Assembly (NCBI GenBank): GCA_963674595.2
Contig: CAXXFV010000027.1
Span: forward strand, 256,001 to 320,000
Length of the DNA: 64,000 nt
Source: a bacterium
Lineage (GTDB): Bacteria; Zhuqueibacterota; Zhuqueibacteria; Residuimicrobiales; Krinioviventaceae
Direction of reading: 5' to 3'
The notes below the pieces were generated by a model. The model ran no database searches. It had not been told where the DNA came from and worked only from the letters and a program-made list of their open reading frames with translations. Made by a program: the position numbers and the translations under genes. Below, piece by piece: positions 1-9,771 of the stretch (position 1 is the stretch's first letter; each line of letters opens with the position of its first letter).

Positions 1-1
1 A

Positions 2-292
2 CTTTTTGCATGGATATTTTTCAGGGCAAATAATCTGTCCCATGCATTCTCATACATTTCAAGTATTTGCTCAACGTCTCTTTTCAGCATGCCGAACATC
101 CCTTCAAAATCCATATTTGTCTTTCTACTGATCCTTGTTGCATTCGAATGGATACATAGGGACAAACAGCATGCATTGCAATTTAACAAAAAACTTCCGA
201 TCGCTATTAACTGGTCAATTTATTATACCATTCTGGTGATTATCTTTTTATTCGGCGGACAGCAGCAGCAATTTATTTATTTTCAATTTTAG
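2..292 (+). CDS. MBOAT family O-acyltransferase (AlgI/DltB-like), C-terminal part; 5' end lies outside the window
   Basis: Frame is open from base 2: LFAWIFFRAN...QQFIYFQF. The WIFFRA and FIYFQF motifs are typical MBOAT C-terminal signatures. Confidence 0.85.
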   Translation, partial: LFAWIFFRANNLSHAFSYISSICSTSLFSMPNIPSKSIFVFLLILVAFEWIHRDKQHALQFNKKLPIAINWSIYYTILVIIFLFGGQQQQFIYFQF

Positions 293-300
293 GAGTTTTT

Positions 301-1206
301 TTGAAAAAGTTTCTTAACAAAATGATGCTCTTTTTATTCATCGGTTTGGCAGGATTTTCAGGTTTTTCATTTTTATGTTTTGAAAAAACTAAAGTAACAA
401 TAATTAATGACTTTCAACCTCCTGCAAATACAACAATTGTTTTTTGCGGTGATTCACGTACGGAAACTGCCTGCAACCCGGATTTGATTAAAAATTCCAT
501 TAATATATCAAAATCCGGAGAACCGATTTTTTACACGTTTTACAAGTTACGACGTTTATTGGAACACAAACAAAATATACATACTGTTGTACTTGGTTTT
601 TCCTTTCATTCATTGAATGATTTTCAGGATGACAAGTTATATGAATTTTTCCCAAGTTATTATTTAATTATGGATGATAAAGGGATGGATTATATAAACA
701 ATAAATTCAACCAATATAACACTATATTAAAAAAACAAATAAAGTTATGCTTTAACAAAACCCGGGAACAGCAAGAATCACTGTGGGGTAGATATTATAA
801 AAGTTATGGTTCTAAAGTAACGGATGAAACCATCAACTCGAGAATAAAAGGACATTTTTACAAAGACAATTCTTTACAATCCTATTCTCAAATACAAACC
901 ATGTATATGAAGAAAATATTAGAGTTGATGCAACAAAAGCATGTTACACTCGTATTATTAAATACTCCGCTATATGCTGATTATCTTAAAAAGGTACCAC
1001 AAAAATATATCGATACATATTATGATTTGGTGAAAACATGGACCAAAGAATATAATTGTGTTTTTTTGGATTATAAGCAAATGCCGTTACCTAAAAATGA
1101 GTTTGGGGACGGTGATCATATAAACGCAAAGGGCGCGCAAAAATTTTGTCCGATACTTGCAGAGGATTTGTCTCAAATATCAGAAAAAGTGGCATCTTCC
1201 AATTAA
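301..1206 (+). CDS. SGNH-like membrane-anchored protein (DltD/AlgJ-type partner of the MBOAT)
   Basis: N-terminal TM segment, GDS motif (CGDSR), C-terminal DxH motif (DGDHIN). AGGAG RBS before a TTG start. Directly follows the MBOAT gene. Confidence 0.7.
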   Translation: MKKFLNKMMLFLFIGLAGFSGFSFLCFEKTKVTIINDFQPPANTTIVFCGDSRTETACNPDLIKNSINISKSGEPIFYTFYKLRRLLEHKQNIHTVVLGFSFHSLNDFQDDKLYEFFPSYYLIMDDKGMDYINNKFNQYNTILKKQIKLCFNKTREQQESLWGRYYKSYGSKVTDETINSRIKGHFYKDNSLQSYSQIQTMYMKKILELMQQKHVTLVLLNTPLYADYLKKVPQKYIDTYYDLVKTWTKEYNCVFLDYKQMPLPKNEFGDGDHINAKGAQKFCPILAEDLSQISEKVASSN

Positions 1207-1243
1207 TGATTGTTTTATAATAATAGATTTTTAAAAAATGAAT

Positions 1244-1271
1244 TTGCATAAAAACAATTTTTTATTATAAT
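1244..1271 (+). promoter_or_regulatory. putative sigma70 promoter TTGCAT-N16-TATAAT
   Basis: Near-consensus hexamers upstream of ORF 1318. The AT-rich context lowers specificity. Confidence 0.4.
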
Positions 1272-1317
1272 ATCATAAACAATTACTTGATGTCGTATAA
1301 AGACTTGAGGTATAATA

Positions 1318-2268
1318 ATGATTGTGAAATACTTTCCTCCCCTGTCGCTTGCCTGGAACCGCATGACAGCAGCTTTGTTCCATCCATTTGATATGAAAAA
1401 GTGGTTTGTTGTTGGTTTTACAGCTTTTTTAGCAGGTCTTTTAGAAGGCGGTAATGGAAGCAGCGGAAGCAACAATTTTTCAAAAAATGATGAATTTAGT
1501 CAAGATACGTTATCAGACATTTTAGACGCTCCAATACGATTTTGGGACTGGCTTCAGGATAACCCGCTGTATACGGCATTAATAGTTGTCGGCATCATCC
1601 TGGGTCTGCTTATTTTTGTTTTACTGACATGGGTCAGCTCCCGTGGAAAATTTATGTTCCTGGATAATGTTGTTAAAGACCAGGCCCTTATCTCTAAACC
1701 GTGGAATGATTTCGCCCATTTGGGTGATTCACTTTTTTTATTTAGAATCGTTTTAAATTTTTTAATACTTGCTTTAATAGGCATTCTTGTTGTTTTTGGT
1801 TACCTGTCTTTTATGCATGCATATCAAAGTATGGACTATTCCAAGATTCCCATCTTTCATTTAATAAAAATTGGACTGGTATTTTTTATTCTAATACTGG
1901 TCATATCTTATATAAGTATGTTACTGGACCATTTTGTTATCCCGGTTATGTATAAACACAATTTGACAATTATAAAAGCATGGAACCAGTTCCTAACCAT
2001 TCATTGGCAAAATTTACCCAATTTTATTATTTACGGTGTAATCGTTATGTTGCTAAGCATTGGGTTTGTGGTTTTATTTCTTGTTCTGGGGGTTATGACA
2101 TGCTGCTGTGGAATTGTCTTTTTACTCATCCCCTATATTAGTACCGTTATAACATTACCCTATCCCTACACCATTCGTGCCTATAGTCTTGAGTTTTTGG
2201 CACAATTCGGTCAAGACTTTGATCTTTTTCAGAGGTCTGAAATACTAACCGATAATGCAGAAATATAA
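1318..2268 (+). CDS. multi-pass membrane protein of unknown function
   Basis: About 6 hydrophobic segments, a Gly/Ser-rich loop, a TCCCG motif and a GAGG RBS. Confidence 0.75.
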   Translation: MIVKYFPPLSLAWNRMTAALFHPFDMKKWFVVGFTAFLAGLLEGGNGSSGSNNFSKNDEFSQDTLSDILDAPIRFWDWLQDNPLYTALIVVGIILGLLIFVLLTWVSSRGKFMFLDNVVKDQALISKPWNDFAHLGDSLFLFRIVLNFLILALIGILVVFGYLSFMHAYQSMDYSKIPIFHLIKIGLVFFILILVISYISMLLDHFVIPVMYKHNLTIIKAWNQFLTIHWQNLPNFIIYGVIVMLLSIGFVVLFLVLGVMTCCCGIVFLLIPYISTVITLPYPYTIRAYSLEFLAQFGQDFDLFQRSEILTDNAEI

Positions 2269-2860
2269 TATTATGGAGAAATGGATGAAAGCTGTCTCTA
2301 CTTTGCTTGGTATGATAATTTTCATTTCATGCGCGGGCAATCAAATTATTAAATTGAATTTTACCGAAAAATTTGAAGGACAAACACAACTTGTTCTCGC
2401 ATCCCAGACTTCAAATGTCGATTTTACCGAAGATGTTTCAAAACGACTGCTTGGTATTTTTGCCAGTCACGCAAAAGTTAAAGTCAATTCCAATGTGACA
2501 TACGATTTTTATGTTGATTTTGATAAAGACGGTTATGAAGCAAAACTGGACAAAAAAACAAAAACATTATATTTTACAGCTCCAATAATTAAGGTAAAAA
2601 AACCGGTCATTAATGCCTCAAACGTCAGTTATCCGGAAACCGGGTTACTGGTTAATGAACCACAAGAGGCTGTTCGCATTCTTGAAAGTTTAACAGATAA
2701 ATTTATTGATGAAGGGAAACAGTTACTTGAGGAAGAACGGGTTCAAACGGAGTGTAAACAAAAATTAACAAATTATTTGGCGGGATTGACTAAAGAGCTC
2801 GGTTATGATATTGAACACATCAATGTATCCTTTAAGACAGGAGAAGAAAAAAAGTCTTAA
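2255..2860 (+). CDS. lipoprotein, DUF4230-like
   Basis: Lipobox IFISC; the pattern of beta-strands followed by a C-terminal helix (LTNYLAGLTKELGY-IEHINVSF) resembles DUF4230. The true start is probably a downstream Met. Confidence 0.55.
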   Translation: MQKYNIMEKWMKAVSTLLGMIIFISCAGNQIIKLNFTEKFEGQTQLVLASQTSNVDFTEDVSKRLLGIFASHAKVKVNSNVTYDFYVDFDKDGYEAKLDKKTKTLYFTAPIIKVKKPVINASNVSYPETGLLVNEPQEAVRILESLTDKFIDEGKQLLEEERVQTECKQKLTNYLAGLTKELGYDIEHINVSFKTGEEKKS

Positions 2861-2897
2861 TTGAACGTTTTTTGTTATCTTTTCATATTAAAAAAGT

Positions 2898-3332
2898 TTA
2901 CAACTTTTTCTTTAACTTTTTAACAATTCCGGATCCGACCATTTTATCGGCAGCCAGAATTATTTTTTGAACAAGCTGTAATATATCCTCTTCACCGGCC
3001 CAGTGTCTTTTAACCACTTCAGGATCGACTTTATTCAACAAAGAATTAAGCACAAAGGCAACAAGCACAATATCATCAGCAAAGGCAATGGGGCCCAGAA
3101 TGGCCTCCGGTATAAAATCAAGAGGCGAAACAAAATAAGTTATGACCGCAACAAGTTTTACTTTTTCTGCGGGGGGCACGTCTTTATCTGTTGAAAGTTT
3201 TAAAATCAAATGAAACAGATCCGGTGCTAATAAAATATATTCTGCCCACCGATGTTCCTTACCCTCTTTAGATAACCAGGTTTTTATATTCCGCCGAAGT
3301 TTTTGGTAAAAATCGTTATTTGCGTTTATCAT
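2898..3332 (-). CDS. YkvA/DUF1232 family membrane protein
   Basis: YFVSPLDFIPE...FADD signature. Confidence 0.9.
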   Translation of the reverse strand: MINANNDFYQKLRRNIKTWLSKEGKEHRWAEYILLAPDLFHLILKLSTDKDVPPAEKVKLVAVITYFVSPLDFIPEAILGPIAFADDIVLVAFVLNSLLNKVDPEVVKRHWAGEEDILQLVQKIILAADKMVGSGIVKKLKKKL

Positions 3333-3341
3333 TTACATTCT

Positions 3342-4850
3342 CTAATCTACTACACTTGTATCTTTTTCAAAATCCCACATTGTTGTTTTTTTCAATTCGG
3401 CTATGGCTAATTTATAATCGATATACGCACCCAAATAAGAAAACTTGGCATTGGTTAATTGATTCCGTACAAGAGATAAGTCCTGGCTTGTGATATCTCC
3501 ATTTTCGAATCTTTTAAGAGAAATATCAAAAGCGCGCTGTGCTACATTTCTGTTCTTATCCAGCACATTTAGTCTGTTTTCAGCCTCTTTCAACTGGCTG
3601 ACCACATTTCTCACTTCACGCTCAATTGTTTTTTTCAATTCAACAAGATATAGTTCACTATTTTTCAAATCAGCCTTTGCAGCTTGAACCTGGGCTTTAT
3701 TGACACCCCAATCCCATAACGGAATTGTAAAATTAATTGCGACACCTCTGTTGTTAGGACGATCTTTTAAATCATCTATGCTGGAATTCCACAATGTACC
3801 AAGAGAAGAATTATATGAGATATAAGGATCACTTACACCTGTAATATCATAAAATGCCGATACATCTGCTTTTACTTCACTATAAGCGTCAACCTGTTTT
3901 ACGGAAATCTTTGCAAGTTCAATATCGATTTCAGTTTCACGCAGTTCCAAACGTTTATCTAGAGCAATTTCCACAGCCCTGGTTAAATCAACCGCGAATG
4001 GTTGAAAATCAAAATCAGTTTTTACGGTAATTTGGTCAGACAACTGCAGCCCAATTAGCTGTTTAAAAGAATCCAGCCGACGGCTTAATTCTCCCTGTGT
4101 GCTGACCAGATCGTTCTGTTGTTCCGCAAGATCAACCTCCATTTGCAGGGCTTCAACTTCAGGAATAAGTCCGGCTTCGTATTTCTTTTTACTTAGATCG
4201 TACAACTCTCTCTGCTGTGTTGTCGTTTCCTCAGCAATTTCCATTCGCCGGGTAGCCTGGTATAAACTAAAAAAGGCGGAAGTTACATTATAAACAATTT
4301 CCAACTCACTTCTTTTAAACCTTTTTAAGGTACTTTCATGATTTAAATTTGCCGTTTTTAAACCGAGTTTTAGCGTATTAATAGTGAATAAAGGCTGAGA
4401 AAAACGTAAGCTAAGAGAAGTGTAAATTTCTTTACGTTTTTCTTTTTCTAAAGAGCTGGTAAAGTTTGAAATATCTCTATGATAGGCATAAGAACGTAAT
4501 GTAAACAAACCATTGGTCGGTAAGGGCTGGTTAATATCCAGATTTCCCTGGTAAAGATACGTGCTGGTTGTGTTAAAAACGGGAAGAGCATTGGGCTGCT
4601 GTAATTCGCTGACGTGTTCACTCCATGTTGGTACCTGAAGATTCATTTCCGCATTGGTTTTAAAACGTCCTTTGGCGGCTGCAAGATTTTCTTCCGCTTT
4701 TATCAGACTTAACTTCATGGATTTTACCTGGTAACTTTTTTCCAGGGCAATATCGATTGCATTATTCAAGGTTAAAACTTTTGTTTGAGCAAACAAAGAT
4801 ATATACGATGAAAATATTATAAAAATAAAAATCCTTAATACAGTTATCAT
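3342..4850 (-). CDS. TolC family outer membrane efflux protein
   Basis: Signal peptide, LTLNNAIDIAL, duplicated OEP repeats, IPLWDWG. Start reassigned to ATG 4850 because of the AGGAGG RBS at 4858-4863. Confidence 0.9.
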   Translation of the reverse strand: MITVLRIFIFIIFSSYISLFAQTKVLTLNNAIDIALEKSYQVKSMKLSLIKAEENLAAAKGRFKTNAEMNLQVPTWSEHVSELQQPNALPVFNTTSTYLYQGNLDINQPLPTNGLFTLRSYAYHRDISNFTSSLEKEKRKEIYTSLSLRFSQPLFTINTLKLGLKTANLNHESTLKRFKRSELEIVYNVTSAFFSLYQATRRMEIAEETTTQQRELYDLSKKKYEAGLIPEVEALQMEVDLAEQQNDLVSTQGELSRRLDSFKQLIGLQLSDQITVKTDFDFQPFAVDLTRAVEIALDKRLELRETEIDIELAKISVKQVDAYSEVKADVSAFYDITGVSDPYISYNSSLGTLWNSSIDDLKDRPNNRGVAINFTIPLWDWGVNKAQVQAAKADLKNSELYLVELKKTIEREVRNVVSQLKEAENRLNVLDKNRNVAQRAFDISLKRFENGDITSQDLSLVRNQLTNAKFSYLGAYIDYKLAIAELKKTTMWDFEKDTSVVD

Positions 4851-4872
4851 AAACTGCCCTCCTGTAAAAATT

Positions 4873-6111
4873 CTACTCATAGCGTAAAGCATCTATCGGA
4901 TTTACATTTGCAGCCCTGCGCGCCGGAAACGTCCCAAAAATAATACCGACTGCTCCTGAAACCCCAAAAGCAACGATCACAGATATCGGAGTAATTGCTG
5001 TTTCAAATTCAGCAATACTATTGATACTAAGAGACATTGTAATTCCTAAAATAATACCGATAATTCCACCAGAAAGGCTCAGACCGACTGCTTCGATTAA
5101 GAACTGTGTTAAAATTTCATTTTGTCTCGCACCAAGCGCTCTTCGAATTCCAATTTCCCGGGTGCGTTCCAGTACTGTGGCGAGCATGATATTCATAATT
5201 CCAATTCCGCCGACAAGCAATGAAATAGCAGCAATGGAACCTAAAACAACATTATAAATTCTGCGTTCTTTTTCTTCCTGCTTAAGCAACTCAAAGGGTA
5301 TTATTATGGAAAAATCATTATTATCACGATGTCTTCTGTCGAGCAATTTTCGAATAACAGCGGCACTTGAAATTAAATCTTCGGATTCCTGAACTTTTAC
5401 GGTAATTTGATCAAGTTCACTGTCCAGTTCTCTTTCTTTATCAAACCGGCTTAACATTGTTGTCAGTGGAATATATATATCCTGGTTAAGGTCCCTGGCA
5501 GCTAATTCACCAACCGTTTCGGTAAAAAGCATTTTATTATCCATCACTCCGACAACCAAAAACCACTGATCGTCAAGTTTAATATAATTGTTTAAAGGGT
5601 TTGTAGCCCGAAATAATGAATTGGCAACTTCAGCGCCGATAACACAAACACGTGCTTCCTGATCATGGTGTTGTGCTTTTAAAAACTGTCCTGCTTTGGT
5701 TTCATAATTAAGGATACTTTTAAAATCCGGGGTAATTCCAACCAGAGTTACTTTGGTAGAACGGTCTTCAAATTTGGCTTCAACCTGTAATTCGGCCTGA
5801 GGGGCAACTTTATCAATTGTTGGTACAATTTTCTCAATGGCATTTGCGTCTTTAAGAGACAGGCCCCGTGAAAATTTGGCACGCATTTCTTCCAATTCTT
5901 TATCACTTAGATCTCTGTCACGAATAATTATATTATTAACTCCCAGAAATTTATATTTTTCCAATGCTTCACGTTTTGCACCTTCTCCTATTGAAAGCAT
6001 GGCTATAACAGCCCCAACACCAAAAATAATACCGAGCATTGTCAGGATTGAGCGTAACTTGTGAGTTTTTAATCCTTCCAATCCGAATAAAATTTTTTCT
6101 TTTAATTGCAT
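4873..6111 (-). CDS. MacB/FtsX-like ABC transporter permease without a fused ATPase
   Basis: RSILTMLGIIFGVGAVIAM, GGIGIMNIML, ERTREIGIRRALGA, PIDALRYE. Confidence 0.92.
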   Translation of the reverse strand: MQLKEKILFGLEGLKTHKLRSILTMLGIIFGVGAVIAMLSIGEGAKREALEKYKFLGVNNIIIRDRDLSDKELEEMRAKFSRGLSLKDANAIEKIVPTIDKVAPQAELQVEAKFEDRSTKVTLVGITPDFKSILNYETKAGQFLKAQHHDQEARVCVIGAEVANSLFRATNPLNNYIKLDDQWFLVVGVMDNKMLFTETVGELAARDLNQDIYIPLTTMLSRFDKERELDSELDQITVKVQESEDLISSAAVIRKLLDRRHRDNNDFSIIIPFELLKQEEKERRIYNVVLGSIAAISLLVGGIGIMNIMLATVLERTREIGIRRALGARQNEILTQFLIEAVGLSLSGGIIGIILGITMSLSINSIAEFETAITPISVIVAFGVSGAVGIIFGTFPARRAANVNPIDALRYE

Positions 6112-6138
6112 TACATTCCCTTAATTTACATGTAAGAT

Positions 6139-7128
6139 TCAGGATTTTTCATCGTTAAAAACACAACTGACTGTCATACCCGGTTTCTGTATTGAACTTG
6201 TTTCTTCCAGCAAAATTTCCACATCAAAAACTTTGATCAATGAATTTTCTTCTTTTTCATGACAGGTTTTACTTATATCTAAAACTTTACCTGAAAATTT
6301 TAATTTTGGAAAAGCGTCCAGCCTTATAGTAACTGACTGGTTTAAATAAATTTTATTAATATCTGCTTCACTAATACTCGTTAATACCTTCATTCGGTTC
6401 AAATCCGGCAAACCGATAAGAGCTTCTCCGGGATGAGCCGTATCCCCTACTTTAAATTTTTCGCGGCTGCGCCATCTTCGTCTCAGGTATTCCACAATTC
6501 CATCGGAAGGGGCCTTGAGTGTAAAGCGTTCTTTGGCAAGAATAGCTTTATCTATTGCAGATTCAAGTTGTTTGATTTCTTTCTTTTGAATTAGTATAGA
6601 TTCTTTTTGAATAATACCTGTATGTTTAATTTTTGATATGTTGTTATCATAATCGATTTGGGCAATTTTAAATAAAAGTCGCTGTTTTTCCTTTTTCACA
6701 GCTGATTCAAAACGAACCCGTATTGTATCAAATGCTGCTTGTTCAAACGCCGCTTTTGCGCTTTGCAGGTCAGCTTTTTCCGATTTTATCTGATTTTCCT
6801 GCTCAACATACATTCGAAGTAATTCTGCCTGGGCTATTTCCAACTCGGTTCTTTTCTGACCAAGTTCCTTAACGACTCCTGACGTATCTATCTGCAAAAC
6901 AAAATCACCCTTTTTTACACGTGCCCCTTCTTCTATCATTTTTACTATTTTCGGTTCTCCATAAGACCAATTAAAAGTAGGCATTTGTATATGTTTTGAA
7001 TTAACAGCCTGTAATTCTCCTGTTTCAACAAGTTGTTTAAAATTTTGCTTATTAACGTTTGTTACTACAGATTTGTCCTTGCCGCAAAAAATAAAAAACA
7101 AAAGAAAGAGAGCAAGTGTCCTTTTCAT
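6139..7128 (-). CDS. periplasmic adaptor (MacA/HlyD-like membrane fusion protein) 3
   Basis: ETGELQA, EGARVKKGD lipoyl-like half, coiled-coil hairpin, APSDG, PGMTV. Confidence 0.88.
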   Translation of the reverse strand: MKRTLALFLLFFIFCGKDKSVVTNVNKQNFKQLVETGELQAVNSKHIQMPTFNWSYGEPKIVKMIEEGARVKKGDFVLQIDTSGVVKELGQKRTELEIAQAELLRMYVEQENQIKSEKADLQSAKAAFEQAAFDTIRVRFESAVKKEKQRLLFKIAQIDYDNNISKIKHTGIIQKESILIQKKEIKQLESAIDKAILAKERFTLKAPSDGIVEYLRRRWRSREKFKVGDTAHPGEALIGLPDLNRMKVLTSISEADINKIYLNQSVTIRLDAFPKLKFSGKVLDISKTCHEKEENSLIKVFDVEILLEETSSIQKPGMTVSCVFNDEKS

Positions 7129-8366
7129 TTATCTCCTCCCTTTTCTTTCTTTTCTTTATCCATTTTTAGTTGTTTTGGATCAGTTAATGCAATAATATCC
7201 CCTTCTTTTAGTCCTTTGGTAATAATTACAAAATCATCATTCTCTTTACCGATTTCAACAGAATGCTTTGCAAAATCACTACCCTTTTTAAGAAAAACAT
7301 AATAATCCCCGGCGTTTTGAAACAACGCTTCAAGAGGAATAAACAGAGTGTCCGGAATTTGATCAACGATAATTTCACAATTAACCGTCATTCCCGGCAT
7401 AAAAGTACTGTCACTTTCTAATATTAAAACAGTAACATCAAAAACTTTAACTTTTGAATCTTTGTTTTTGTTATGTGCTAATGTCGCCATTTGCACAACC
7501 TTGCCGGCGTAACTTGTATCAGGATAGGCATCAAGTCTTACATTAACAGGCTGCAGAGTATCTATTTTTGCAATATCAATCTCATTAATTTCAACAAGCG
7601 CCTGCATCTGACTTAGATCCGGCAGACCAATAATCGGCCAGCCCGGCCACAATTGATCATCAACCTGATATTTTTGCTGCGTCATCCAGCTTTTTTGAAG
7701 AATGGCGATACCTGGATTTGGGGCCTTTATTGTTAATTTATCAAGTGTTTCAAGTGCCTCTGCATGCTTGTCTTTGGCCTGATTTACCTTTAGGGTGAGT
7801 TTGCCGATTTCTTCATCATTAATTTTTTTCTGGTTTTCAATTTCCTGTTTTGCCTTTTCGAGCGCGATTTTTGCCTTTTCCAAATTGAGTTCTATTTCTT
7901 TACGGTCAATTTCAGCTTTAAAAACAGCCTGTTCAAGGTCCAGTTCATGTATTCTTAATTGCAACTCACTTTTTTTAACATTTGATTCCATTTCCTCAAT
8001 TTTTGACTCATTTGTAGCCAAAGCCTTTCTTAATTCAGCTTCCGCCATTTCAAGTTCAGATACGGCATCATCAAGCCCTTTCTGAACTTCAGATTTGTCA
8101 AATTCGACAACAACTTCATCTTTTTGCACTTGCTTACCGTCAGGAACCAACTTGGAAATTTTCAATGGTCCGAACCGCCAGTTAATCGTTGGTGATGTAA
8201 TTGTTTGTGAATTAACTGCCTCAAGTTCACCTGTTTCCGTAACGGAAGAAATGAAATTTTGCTTTACTACTGTAAAAGTTTCAACCTTTATGGAATTATC
8301 ATTGTGGCATGCCAACAGAAACAAAAATAATGTAATTAATATCGTTTTATAAAGTTTGAAAATCAT
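7125..8366 (-). CDS. periplasmic adaptor (MacA/HlyD-like membrane fusion protein) 2
   Basis: Lipobox LLAC, ETGELEA, long coiled coil, APNPG, PGMTV. Confidence 0.9.
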   Translation of the reverse strand: MIFKLYKTILITLFLFLLACHNDNSIKVETFTVVKQNFISSVTETGELEAVNSQTITSPTINWRFGPLKISKLVPDGKQVQKDEVVVEFDKSEVQKGLDDAVSELEMAEAELRKALATNESKIEEMESNVKKSELQLRIHELDLEQAVFKAEIDRKEIELNLEKAKIALEKAKQEIENQKKINDEEIGKLTLKVNQAKDKHAEALETLDKLTIKAPNPGIAILQKSWMTQQKYQVDDQLWPGWPIIGLPDLSQMQALVEINEIDIAKIDTLQPVNVRLDAYPDTSYAGKVVQMATLAHNKNKDSKVKVFDVTVLILESDSTFMPGMTVNCEIIVDQIPDTLFIPLEALFQNAGDYYVFLKKGSDFAKHSVEIGKENDDFVIITKGLKEGDIIALTDPKQLKMDKEKKEKGGDK

Positions 8367-8383
8367 TGGGACCCTCTTCCCTT

Positions 8384-9640
8384 TTAAATTTTATATTCTT
8401 TACGAATCGCAGACAGACTGTCCGGCCAATTTATTTTTGATTTTTCCGGAGAGAACAACGGAATTTCAACACTTTTCAAGTCCTGCTGCAAATATATAAA
8501 ATCATCACTCTGAATAGAATTGATAACCTGTAAGGGAACGTATTTGTCTTGTGACTTGAAAAAACAAAATTTTAAACTATCGATTGTAAATACAGCTTCT
8601 TTAGGTATTGCAATTGAATTAAGCGCTCTTTTGTAGATGATAGAGCAGCGGGCACTCATACCTGGCAGCATACCCTTTTGAGTGCTGTCTATTTCAACAG
8701 TTACCTGGACTTTTTTAACATTAGAGCCTTTTTTTACAGGTTTGGCGATTTTATCTATTTTGCTGACTCTTCCGGAAAACAATTTATCTTTAAGCATCGG
8801 AACCTGAATAACCGCGCTGTCTTTTACGGAAATCTTTTGTGCATCTGTTTCGTAGATATTTAATATAACCTGCATTTCCGAAAGATCGGGAATTTGAATG
8901 AGAGGCATTCCTCCGAAAGCAGGATCTCCTTCCTTAACATCTTCCCCGGTCGCCCAATGTCTGCTGTAAACAACAATACCGTTTACAGGAGATTTTAATA
9001 CAAGGGTTTCAAGAATCCTTTTACTTTCCTTTAAATCGTTTGCAGCCTGCTTTATTTTCATTTGTACACGAATCTTTTCTTCCTTTTGAATTTTTTCCAA
9101 AGATTTAAATTTTTTCTCCAGTTTTTGCAACTCTAATTTACGTTCCTCAATTTTTATTTGTTGTTTTTCCTGAACATTTTTAGCTTCATAAGCAAGTTTG
9201 TTCAATTGCAATTCGGCAGTAACCAAGGATGCTTTCGTTGCCTGAATTTCCGATTCAAGCAGATAAGTTTCCATGGATAACTCTGCCTCCTTTCGGGTGG
9301 CCTCTGCTTTTGCCAACGCAAGGGCATCAATCGCATTATTATAGCGCGTTTCCACATTTCTGGCTTCAAGCTCAACAACAACTTGGTCTTTTTTTACAAA
9401 GGTCCCTTCAGGTATTAATTTTGCAATGTTGGAACTGGAACGACGGATACGCGGAGCGGCTACAGGCCTGGAAATTTTTGCTTCCAGTTCACCGGTTTCA
9501 TCAACAGTCAGGTTATAATCAGCTTTGTGTGCCAGAAATAAAAGTTCAGGTTGTTTATTTTTATGACAACTCATAAAAAGTAAAAGACAGGCTGCAATCA
9601 CCAAGAGAATCTTTATAAAACTAAAAAAACCGTTACCCAC
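8384..9640 (-). CDS. periplasmic adaptor (MacA/HlyD-like membrane fusion protein) 1
   Basis: Lipobox FMSC, ETGELEA, EGTFVKKD, SPVNG, PGMSA. GTG start with GAGG RBS. Confidence 0.88.
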   Translation of the reverse strand: MGNGFFSFIKILLVIAACLLLFMSCHKNKQPELLFLAHKADYNLTVDETGELEAKISRPVAAPRIRRSSSNIAKLIPEGTFVKKDQVVVELEARNVETRYNNAIDALALAKAEATRKEAELSMETYLLESEIQATKASLVTAELQLNKLAYEAKNVQEKQQIKIEERKLELQKLEKKFKSLEKIQKEEKIRVQMKIKQAANDLKESKRILETLVLKSPVNGIVVYSRHWATGEDVKEGDPAFGGMPLIQIPDLSEMQVILNIYETDAQKISVKDSAVIQVPMLKDKLFSGRVSKIDKIAKPVKKGSNVKKVQVTVEIDSTQKGMLPGMSARCSIIYKRALNSIAIPKEAVFTIDSLKFCFFKSQDKYVPLQVINSIQSDDFIYLQQDLKSVEIPLFSPEKSKINWPDSLSAIRKEYKI

Positions 9641-9703
9641 TACTGGTCCTCTATTTTCAATTTCATATAAAATTTTGATTTACTTAAGGGAGGAAATTTA
9701 CTT

Positions 9704-9732
9704 ACTATAATAATAAATACAAACTATGTCAA
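9704..9732 (-). promoter_or_regulatory. sigma70 promoter TTGACA-N17-TATAGT driving the adaptor/MacB/TolC operon
   Basis: Perfect -35, 17-nt spacer and 5/6 match to -10, lying about 65 nt upstream of the start at 9640. Confidence 0.7.
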
Positions 9733-9771
9733 GTACTAATTATTTACGCTTCAAATAGTAAATAGTTTCTT

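Noticed and set aside
1287-1316. TTGATG-N18-TATAAT promoter
   Set aside because: The -10 ends 1 nt before the ATG and the spacer contains the GAGG RBS, so it cannot serve this start.
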